From: an uncultured virus (IMG/VR IMGVR_UViG_3300023049_000387)
Taxonomy: Duplodnaviria > Heunggongvirae > Uroviricota > Caudoviricetes
IMG/VR virus record: IMGVR_UViG_3300023049_000387
Span: 1-64,000 of that record
Strand: one strand, 5' to 3'
Length of the DNA stretch: 64,000 bases
Shown here: piece by piece, positions 17,443 through 25,344 of the stretch
Layout: every line of letters starts with the position of its first letter
Position numbering within the stretch: the stretch's first letter is position 1
Notes under the pieces: model-generated
Told to the model about the DNA's origin: nothing
The model's input: only the letters and a program-made list of their open reading frames with translations
Database searches by the model: none
Position numbers and translations under genes: made by a program

Positions 17443-17515
17443 CGAGGGTGTAGTGTAATCTGGTAACACACGATGTTTGGGACATCGAATTGCTGTTCGA
17501 ATCGGACATCTTCGA
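17443..17515 (+). tRNA. tRNA-Pro(TGG), apparent 8-bp acceptor and short T-stem
   Basis: CGAGGGTG/CATCTTCG, anticodon arm CGATG-TTTGGGA-CATCG. Confidence 0.78.
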
Positions 17516-17652
17516 CAAAAATTATAGTTAAAACTAAATGTTGTTAATAAGCAACATTTTAGCACTTTTTGTTGTTAATAAGCAACAAAAAAAATTAACA
17601 CAAAAAACAACATATAATTCAAACTAAACTGTTATATTTGAATATATAGTAT

Positions 17653-18105
17653 ATGGATCGTATATATAAAATTAAGTTTGATGTTACTGATGAAGAGTTA
17701 GATGACCTATTTATGTATTTCTCTGATGAAGACCTAGATGATGTTGAAGAGTTAGAGGCTGAGGCATATTTCTATTTTCACGAAGAAGGTAACTATGTAT
17801 GTTATTTAATAACTACTGAGGTAGAGATGAGAACTTACGTGGGTGTTATAGATAAAAACAAAATAAATATATATGTTAAAGATTTTTCCGATAGAATATT
17901 AAATTCAACTGTTAATCTAGAAGATAACTTAAGACATAACATCGATAAGGAAAATTGTGAAGACTTTGAAGACTTCATTATTTGCCTAAATGAATGGGTT
18001 CTTGGAAAATTAGATATAGACTTTGTATTAGATAGGATATCTAGCGTAGGAATTGATAATCTAACAGAAAATGAAAAATACTTTTTAAACTCATATAAAA
18101 TATGA
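17653..18105 (+). CDS. acidic hypothetical protein
   Basis: ORF; C-terminal LD.I...GI..LT..EK.FL helical motif. Confidence 0.65.
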   Translation: MDRIYKIKFDVTDEELDDLFMYFSDEDLDDVEELEAEAYFYFHEEGNYVCYLITTEVEMRTYVGVIDKNKINIYVKDFSDRILNSTVNLEDNLRHNIDKENCEDFEDFIICLNEWVLGKLDIDFVLDRISSVGIDNLTENEKYFLNSYKI

Positions 18106-18482
18106 ATATATTCTTAGATGATATAAGAGAACCAAATATGTCACATAATAAAACTAAAGGATTAGGTAATGAATATTCTGATTCTAATAAATGGATTATA
18201 ATAAGAGATTATTTTTCTTTCATTAAATTCTTAGATGATAATATAGAAAATATAACACTTATATCATTTGATCACGACATAGCTTCATATAAAGATAGTA
18301 AAGAATACACTGGTAAAGATGCTGCCAATTATTTAATAGAGATATGTTTAGATAATAGTTTAAAAATGCCTAAATGGTATGTACATTCTGACAACACAGT
18401 TGGTGCTCATAATATAAATAGCATACTACATAACTATGTTAGGGTTGTTGAGCAGTTTAAAGGTCCAAATCACCACCTCTAG
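18102..18482 (+). CDS. cyclic-phosphate-processing receiver-domain-like protein
   Basis: IFLDDIREP, ISFDHD, TGKDAA, VHSDNTVG motifs. Confidence 0.7.
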   Translation: MNIFLDDIREPNMSHNKTKGLGNEYSDSNKWIIIRDYFSFIKFLDDNIENITLISFDHDIASYKDSKEYTGKDAANYLIEICLDNSLKMPKWYVHSDNTVGAHNINSILHNYVRVVEQFKGPNHHL

Positions 18483-19494
18483 TGTTATATCCACCACATG
18501 TGCTATCAAGTAGATAGTATCCCTCATATTCTACATTATTGTTATATAAAATTTTTCTTTCCTTATCGTAATTTCTGAAAGTATCCATAAATGGATAAGC
18601 ATTATAATCACCTTCTAACTTTATGTTCATATTAACTCTATATGTCTTATCACCATAGTTCATTAAATCCATGTTTTTAATACTATTGTGAGTTCTGTAA
18701 CCCCAACCATTATCCTTAGCATATTTAACTAACTTATCACCATCTGAATCAGTGAAATAATATCTTCTATCCATATAATATTCTACATCCCCAAGTTCAT
18801 CACTTATAGTATTAATACCATTTAGTTTAAATACTAAAGCTCTAGCTAATAACTTACCATCTTTAACTAATATTGCTAGGCTACAAACATCTTTATTATT
18901 TACAAACATTTTAAACAAATTAGAATCAACGCCTACCATACAAGACTTCCCTAGTGTACCAGTTCGTTTTTTTATAAAGTGTTTGTCCGCGTCATACCAC
19001 TCTGGTATTTCATCACCAGATACTATTTCAATGTGTGCTTCTGAATAATTTGAGTTTGATTTATATTTATTTACAAAATTTTCAACTTCTTCTTTACTAA
19101 ATCGGCTCGGGAATGCTCTATTAATAAATTTGCCTATTTTAAACTCACTTCTATTCCCTTTGTATATGCCACCAACATCATTATTGTGTATCTCATCTGC
19201 CAATTCTTCACTAAACTCATCAAATTTAGTTATGGGTACTCTGACATTATTATTAACTTTTCTAATAGCACTATTCATTGTTGTAAAACTAACATATCCT
19301 TCTTTTTTACCGTTATCAATAAAAGTTATATCTGGGTTTATATCCTCGCCTTCTAATGAAAGTAATGCATCTGATATATCACCACCAATTATTGATATAG
19401 TATTTCTAAAATTTGGTGAGTAATACACAACAGATTCTGTTATTAACTTTTCCATAATAGAATGGTTTTTAAAACTTAAATAATTTTTAATCAT
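18457..19494 (-). CDS. conserved phage protein (SCM..ARAL..MDR.Y..YPFMDTF type)
   Basis: 345-aa ORF; late motif upstream. Confidence 0.65.
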   Translation of the reverse strand: MIKNYLSFKNHSIMEKLITESVVYYSPNFRNTISIIGGDISDALLSLEGEDINPDITFIDNGKKEGYVSFTTMNSAIRKVNNNVRVPITKFDEFSEELADEIHNNDVGGIYKGNRSEFKIGKFINRAFPSRFSKEEVENFVNKYKSNSNYSEAHIEIVSGDEIPEWYDADKHFIKKRTGTLGKSCMVGVDSNLFKMFVNNKDVCSLAILVKDGKLLARALVFKLNGINTISDELGDVEYYMDRRYYFTDSDGDKLVKYAKDNGWGYRTHNSIKNMDLMNYGDKTYRVNMNIKLEGDYNAYPFMDTFRNYDKERKILYNNNVEYEGYYLLDSTCGGYNTRGGDLDL

Positions 19495-19532
19495 ATAAGG
19501 TATATATTAAATATAATTACTACATTTGCAAA

Positions 19533-20051
19533 ATGAAGCCAGCCTTAAACATATCCGAATTAAAGACACCATTTATCATAATGTTGATTGGATTACCACT
19601 ATCTGGCAAAACCACTTGGATTAAAGAGAATATACTAAATATGAAAGGTTATGAAAATATTGATATTATATCTAGAGATGATATAATTATGGAGTTATCA
19701 AGTAGTGATGATTATAATAAGTCTTATTCAGAAGTTGATGAGAAAGAAGTAAATACACTATTAAGAGAAAGGCTCATAGAATCTAACAAAAATAGAAGAT
19801 GTGCTATTGTTGATATGACTAATATGTCTAAAAAAAGAAAAAACACTCTTAACTATTTTAAAAAAGATTATACTAGAGTAGCTATTTTATTCCCTTTGTT
19901 AGATGATGAAAAGTATACTATTAGAAATGATAAAAGAAAACGAGAAGAAAAAAAGCATATCTCCTTAACAGTATTAAAGGATATGTTAGAAAAATACGCA
20001 ATTATTAATGAGGAAGATAAATTTGATATAGTAGTTACCGTTGAAAAATAA
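19533..20051 (+). CDS. P-loop kinase (AAA_33 / polynucleotide-kinase-like)
   Basis: GLPLSGKTT, ISRDD, IVDMTN, RNDKR. Confidence 0.8.
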   Translation: MKPALNISELKTPFIIMLIGLPLSGKTTWIKENILNMKGYENIDIISRDDIIMELSSSDDYNKSYSEVDEKEVNTLLRERLIESNKNRRCAIVDMTNMSKKRKNTLNYFKKDYTRVAILFPLLDDEKYTIRNDKRKREEKKHISLTVLKDMLEKYAIINEEDKFDIVVTVEK

Positions 20052-20063
20052 ATAAAAATATAA

Positions 20064-20765
20064 ATGAAGTATTTAGGGAGTAAGAATAGAATATCTAAGT
20101 ACATATTGCCAATTATACTAGAAGGTAGAACTAATGGACAATATTATGTCGAGCCTTTTGTGGGTGGTGGGAACACAATTGATAAAGTTGGTGGCAATAG
20201 AATTGGTTCTGATAGTAATAAATATATGATAGCACTACACAAAGCTTTACAAAAAGGCTGGATACCACCAAAGAATGTGTCTAAGGAAGAATATCTACAT
20301 TTGAAGGATAACAGAGATGATTATCCACTTGAAATGGTTGGTTACTTTGCTACACAACTAGTATTCGGTAGTGTGTGGTTCGGCTCTTATAGAAGAGATA
20401 ACAAAGGAAATAGAGACTATGATATTGAAGCATATAATAATGTTATGAAACAACAACCAAATCTAACAGATGTTGAATTTGTTTGTTGTAGCTATGAGTG
20501 TCTAGATATACCACCAAACAGTCTTATTTATTGCGATCCACCTTATAGAGGTGCTAGACCTTATATTGGTGATAATAAAATTAATCATAATATGTTTTGG
20601 GACTGGTGTAGAAAGGCATCAAATGAAGGTCATCAAGTATTTATAAGTGAATATAATGCTCCTGATGATTTTGAATGTGTGTGGGAAAAAGAAATATCAT
20701 CAAGTGGGAATGGGATAACAGATAAAAAGTTAAGAGCCACAGAAAAACTATTCACAATAAAATAA
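20064..20765 (+). CDS. DNA adenine methyltransferase (D12 class)
   Basis: KYLGSK, YVEPFVGGG, YCDPPY. Confidence 0.9.
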   Translation: MKYLGSKNRISKYILPIILEGRTNGQYYVEPFVGGGNTIDKVGGNRIGSDSNKYMIALHKALQKGWIPPKNVSKEEYLHLKDNRDDYPLEMVGYFATQLVFGSVWFGSYRRDNKGNRDYDIEAYNNVMKQQPNLTDVEFVCCSYECLDIPPNSLIYCDPPYRGARPYIGDNKINHNMFWDWCRKASNEGHQVFISEYNAPDDFECVWEKEISSSGNGITDKKLRATEKLFTIK

Positions 20766-20834
20766 AAAATATATACAAATCAATTATTTATTCGTATATT
20801 TGTTTAAACAAAACCATAAACTAAAACTATAACC

Positions 20835-21074
20835 ATGGTAGACACATTTAAAAATCATAGATTTGAAAGAAATTTATTAGAGAAAAAAATGGTAGATGAG
20901 TTCTCAGAGGAAGTAAACTTAGCAGAAATAGAATCAAGAGTTTTTGGTGATTTTAATTCTAAGTATGAAATACTAACAAAAAGAGAATTAAAAATTGTAA
21001 ATTCTACTGTACAATGGTTAGGTACAGAAGTTGGACAAGACTATCTTAAAAGATGTGGATTTGAAAAAGTATAG
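20835..21074 (+). CDS. hypothetical protein
   Basis: ORF; TATATTTG upstream. Confidence 0.6.
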   Translation: MVDTFKNHRFERNLLEKKMVDEFSEEVNLAEIESRVFGDFNSKYEILTKRELKIVNSTVQWLGTEVGQDYLKRCGFEKV

Positions 21075-21079
21075 AATAT

Positions 21080-21167
21080 GAGAGAGTTCCAGAGTGGTCA
21101 AATGGGCTTATATAAAGTAATATGAGTGTCTTAACAGACTTCGGGGTTCGAATCCTATCCTCTCTCA
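21080..21167 (+). pseudogene. degenerate tRNA-Tyr-like gene
   Basis: acceptor GAGAGAG/CTCTCTC, Tyr-like D-arm and variable arm, GTA in an irregular loop, distorted T-stem. Confidence 0.55.
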
Positions 21168-21249
21168 CTAATTGGGTGCTAGTATAATAGGCAAAGCTTA
21201 ATTGTGATAAGCCCTTCCCATCTCGAAGGATAAAATCATAGCCCTTTGT

Positions 21250-21281
21250 AAAAAAGTTTATCTTTTAAAGATAAACTTTTT
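21250..21281 (+). terminator. hairpin / putative terminator
   Basis: AAAAAGTTTATCTTT/AAAGATAAACTTTTT. Confidence 0.55.
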
Positions 21282-21299
21282 AAATTTAATTAAAAAATT

Positions 21300-21797
21300 A
21301 TGAAAAAAGAAGAAAATCTAGAATTAAGAATGTATGGACTAGTCCCTTATAATATATCGGACATACAAAAGGGAATACAGTTTGGACACTCCGTAGTTAG
21401 ATATGGAAGAAATGTTACTAAACTCAATTCCTTTAATAAATATCATAAACAGTATATAGATTGGGCAGATAATCACGAAACTTTTGTTATATTAAATGGT
21501 GGTACTACTAACATCAGAAAAGGTATTGATGGTAATTGTCTAGGTAGTCTCAATAATTATCACAAGATGTTAACTGATAGAGGTATCCTAACAAGTGATT
21601 TTTACGAACCAGATCTCGGAGATCAATTAACTGCCTTTTGTCTAATAATAGACGAGAGAGTTTTTAATAGGAAAAAATATCCTGAATATGACACTGACAT
21701 TCTTGGTGGTCAATCTTATGAAGAATGGGTTGATACAATAGGTGGTGAGGAAAATGTATTTATAAGAAATTTACTATATCCACTTAGACTAGCATGA
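21300..21797 (+). CDS. peptidyl-tRNA hydrolase type 2-like phage protein
   Basis: MY.LV..IS.IQKGIQFGH, T.VILNGG, FYEPDLGDQLTA, C-terminal LRLA. Confidence 0.65.
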   Translation: MKKEENLELRMYGLVPYNISDIQKGIQFGHSVVRYGRNVTKLNSFNKYHKQYIDWADNHETFVILNGGTTNIRKGIDGNCLGSLNNYHKMLTDRGILTSDFYEPDLGDQLTAFCLIIDERVFNRKKYPEYDTDILGGQSYEEWVDTIGGEENVFIRNLLYPLRLA

Positions 21798-22150
21798 TAA
21801 CTGAAATTAATATAGAGGGGATAGGAATAATAGAAGTTACTGAAATAATAGAAGTTACTGATTTTAACACTCTATCAAATTCATATACAACATACACTGA
21901 TGTAATACCTTCTATAGATTGGTCAATTATTACAAATTTGGATTTGGATCTATTGAATAAACTAAAAAATATGTACAAATTTAATGTTAATAGCAATGTG
22001 TTTAATTTTTATAACACATTTGTTAAAAATGTTACGTATGGATATAATCCCAATTCTAAATCAATGCATATTACTTTTTGCAGTGATCACTTTGTAAGAT
22101 TAAGCAAACAAGAAATAAGAAGCTACAAATTAAAAAAAATACTTCATTAA
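21794..22150 (+). CDS. hypothetical protein
   Basis: ORF overlapping upstream stop. Confidence 0.55.
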   Translation: MITEINIEGIGIIEVTEIIEVTDFNTLSNSYTTYTDVIPSIDWSIITNLDLDLLNKLKNMYKFNVNSNVFNFYNTFVKNVTYGYNPNSKSMHITFCSDHFVRLSKQEIRSYKLKKILH

Positions 22151-22279
22151 AACACAATGAATCAGTTGGTTATAAAAACTAAAAAAATTATTGAGCAAAT
22201 TATAACAATTTAATTAAAACTATTTTGTATATTTGTCCATATTTAAGAAACAAAATACTTATCAATCACTATAAACATT

Positions 22280-24421
22280 ATGAATAAAAATCAAATTATG
22301 CAAAAAGACAAAGAAGGGAAAGATTACTTAAGAAAAACTATCGATGTGAAAAACTCTATTGCAGATGATGGACCACCAGATGAAGATTTTAAAGTCCCTG
22401 ACAAGAAGAATGGTAAATCTAAGACTCCTGTCCTTGATACATATAGTAGAGATCTTACTAATATGGCAGAAGATGGTAAGCTAGATCTTATTGTTGGTAG
22501 AGATAAAGAAATAGAACGTGTTTCTCAAATTTTATCTAGGAGAAAAAAGAACAATCCTATTCTCATTGGTGAAGCTGGTGTTGGTAAATCTTCTATTGCA
22601 GAAGGTCTAGCACTTAGAATTGTACAGAGAAAGGTAAGTAGAGTTCTTTTTGATAAAAGAATTGTTATGTTAGACTTAGCATCTATGGTAGCTGGTACTA
22701 AATATAGGGGTCAATTTGAAGAAAGAGTTAAGGCTCTTATGAGTGAAATAGAAGATGAACCAAATGTTATTCTTTTTATCGATGAAATTCATACTATGGT
22801 TGGTGCTGGTGGAGCATCTGGTAGCCTAGATGCCTCCAATATGTTCAAACCAGCATTAGCACGTGGTGAAATTCAGATAATTGGTGCAACAACATTAGAC
22901 GAATACAGAAAGCATGTTGAGAAAGATGCTGCTTTGGAAAGAAGATTTCAAAAAGTAATCGTAGAACCTGCCACACCAGAGGAAACTTTACAAATCATAG
23001 GAAACATCAAAGATAAATATGAGAAGCATCATAATGTGGTTTACTCACAAGAGGCAATTGAATCTTGTGTTGATCTTACAGTCAGATATATGAGTGATAG
23101 ATTCTTACCAGACAAAGCAATTGATGCATTAGATGAGGCAGGATCAAGAGTTCATATCTCAAATATAGTTGTTCCTAAAAGGATAACTGAAATCGAGAAA
23201 AAGATTGAGGATATTAAAGAAGAAAAGAAAAAAGTAATTAGGTCTCAAAAATATGAACAAGCTGCTAGACTTAGAGATGTTGAGAAAGAACTTGATGCCG
23301 AATTAGAATTGGCTAGAGATAAGTGGGAAGAAGATACTAAAAATAACCCACAAGTTGTGTCACAAGAAGATGTTGCACAAGTAGTATCTATGATAACTGG
23401 AGTTCCTGTTAGTAAGGTTGGGCAAAAAGAAAATTCTAAATTAGCCAAAATGTTTGATGTTATTTCAAATAACGTTGTTGGTCAAGACAAAGCAGTTAAA
23501 AAAGTAGTACAAGCTATACAGAGAGGTAGAGTTGGTATGAAAGATCCTAACAAGCCAATTTTCTCAGGAATACTAATTGGTAATAGTGGAGTTGGTAAAA
23601 CTGAATTGGCTAAACAAATTGCTAAGTATATGTTTGACTCAGAGGATTCTATTATTCGTTTAGATATGTCTGAATACATGGAGAAAGTCTCCCTTACTAG
23701 AATCCAAGGTTCTGCACCTGGATATGTTGGATATGAAGATAGTAATGTATTGGATAAGGTAAGGAGAAAGCCTTACTCTGTTATTCTTTTTGATGAAATT
23801 GAGAAAGCCCACCCTGATGTTGTCAATCTATTTTTACAAATGTTAGATGATGGAGTTGTAACAGATTCACATGGAAGAAAAGTATCTTTTAAGAATTGTG
23901 TTATTCTGATGACATCAAACGTTGGTACTAGAAAGGTTAAGAGTTTTGGAACTGGACTAGGCTTCTCAACAAAAACATCAGTTGAGAAAGAACACAATAA
24001 AGTTAAAGCTATTTTACAAAAGGAATTAAGTGTGGCTTTTCCACCAGAGTTTATCAATAGATTAGATGATATTATCTACTTCAAAGATTTGGACAGAGAT
24101 GACATTATGAAGATTGTTGAACTTGAAATTACTAAGACACTTAAAAGAGGTTCTGATATTGGATATAATCTAATTGTAACAGATGAATTGAAGGAACACC
24201 TTCTAGATGTTGGTTATAACTTAGATAGTGGTGCTAGACCTCTTAAAAGAGCTTTACAGACTTGGATTGATGATTATGTAACAGAGTTTATCATCCAAGA
24301 AAGTCCTAAAGAGGGTTCTACACTAACAATTAGCTATGATAAAGATTTGGATGAGTCAGTAGTTAGTCTTGGTAAGAAAAGAAAGAAGAGAGTTTCTAAG
24401 CCCAGGGACGAAGAAATTTAG
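22280..24421 (+). CDS. clpC: ClpC-like AAA+ ATPase lacking the N-terminal Clp-repeat domain
   Basis: Walker A GEAGVGKS and GNSGVGKT, Walker B FIDE/LFDE, GTKYRG and GYVG pore loops, UVR-like M domain, LGF loop. Confidence 0.9.
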   Translation: MNKNQIMQKDKEGKDYLRKTIDVKNSIADDGPPDEDFKVPDKKNGKSKTPVLDTYSRDLTNMAEDGKLDLIVGRDKEIERVSQILSRRKKNNPILIGEAGVGKSSIAEGLALRIVQRKVSRVLFDKRIVMLDLASMVAGTKYRGQFEERVKALMSEIEDEPNVILFIDEIHTMVGAGGASGSLDASNMFKPALARGEIQIIGATTLDEYRKHVEKDAALERRFQKVIVEPATPEETLQIIGNIKDKYEKHHNVVYSQEAIESCVDLTVRYMSDRFLPDKAIDALDEAGSRVHISNIVVPKRITEIEKKIEDIKEEKKKVIRSQKYEQAARLRDVEKELDAELELARDKWEEDTKNNPQVVSQEDVAQVVSMITGVPVSKVGQKENSKLAKMFDVISNNVVGQDKAVKKVVQAIQRGRVGMKDPNKPIFSGILIGNSGVGKTELAKQIAKYMFDSEDSIIRLDMSEYMEKVSLTRIQGSAPGYVGYEDSNVLDKVRRKPYSVILFDEIEKAHPDVVNLFLQMLDDGVVTDSHGRKVSFKNCVILMTSNVGTRKVKSFGTGLGFSTKTSVEKEHNKVKAILQKELSVAFPPEFINRLDDIIYFKDLDRDDIMKIVELEITKTLKRGSDIGYNLIVTDELKEHLLDVGYNLDSGARPLKRALQTWIDDYVTEFIIQESPKEGSTLTISYDKDLDESVVSLGKKRKKRVSKPRDEEI

Positions 24422-24696
24422 GCTTCGAAAGAATGCCCCCCTATATTCTGTAGAATAGGCACATATTCAAGCGAGTTAGATTTCTGACTCGCTTTTCTTA
24501 TGTTATCATTGCTTATAGAATGTACCATTTCATTTGGATACTTAGTAAAGTACTCAATCATAGAATCTACATTTTCATCCTCAGACAAACTCTTGTTCCA
24601 TAAATCTGGTAGGTTGTACTTATTCATACTCACATACTCCTTTACTTTTAAATCTAATACAGGATTGAACTCTTTCCATTCTTTTAAATATTCCAT
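24418..24696 (-). CDS. hypothetical protein
   Basis: MEYLKEWKEF N-terminus. Confidence 0.6.
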   Translation of the reverse strand: MEYLKEWKEFNPVLDLKVKEYVSMNKYNLPDLWNKSLSEDENVDSMIEYFTKYPNEMVHSISNDNIRKASQKSNSLEYVPILQNIGGHSFEA

Positions 24697-24700
24697 ATAA

Positions 24701-25300
24701 TTATATTTTTTGTATTATAGTAGTAATATTCTTTGTCTCTAATACCTTACTCTTATCTAATAAAAATTCTATGTCATAGAAGTTGAAACTAAACGTTAGT
24801 GTAAATTCTTTACCAGTAACTCTTTGTTGGGAGTAATTGAAATTGACATCTGATAAACTCCTAAGAATTATCTCACCAAATTTAATTATGTATATAGCAT
24901 CTCTATGTATGTCCAATGATGTTATAGTAAATGGATCCAGAAAAGAATTCTCAACATCTATATAATGCTTGTTTATAATATCAAATAATAGCCAATAATT
25001 AAGATAAGCATCAACTGATCTAAAAGTTATTTGAAGTTCTCTAGTAGATACTATATCTTGTGGATTCTTAGAAGGTTTGAAATTTCTTTTCTTACCCCTC
25101 ATTCTTATCTGCTCTGGCATATCAAAAGATATACCTGGAAAATTCACTGACAAGATTGTAGAATTTATATAGTCTATGACGTTTTCATACTGAACCCAGT
25201 TTTTTTCCAATATAGGTTGATAACTCTCTATCAATTCATTTGGAAGAAATGATTGTGGTAGGTTAAAGATGAACTGTGATGATTGCGAACTAAGTCTCAT
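24701..25300 (-). CDS. tail tube / tail completion-like protein (T4 gp3/gp19-like)
   Basis: SVNFPGISF..LQITF..NYW..F..FTLTFSF pattern; late motif upstream. Confidence 0.5.
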   Translation of the reverse strand: MRLSSQSSQFIFNLPQSFLPNELIESYQPILEKNWVQYENVIDYINSTILSVNFPGISFDMPEQIRMRGKKRNFKPSKNPQDIVSTRELQITFRSVDAYLNYWLLFDIINKHYIDVENSFLDPFTITSLDIHRDAIYIIKFGEIILRSLSDVNFNYSQQRVTGKEFTLTFSFNFYDIEFLLDKSKVLETKNITTIIQKI

Positions 25301-25344
25301 TCAATTATATGTATTTATAGTATATATTAACTTATGAAAATCTC

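Noticed and set aside
17303..17518. 71-aa minus-strand ORF
   Set aside because: Antisense to tRNA genes.
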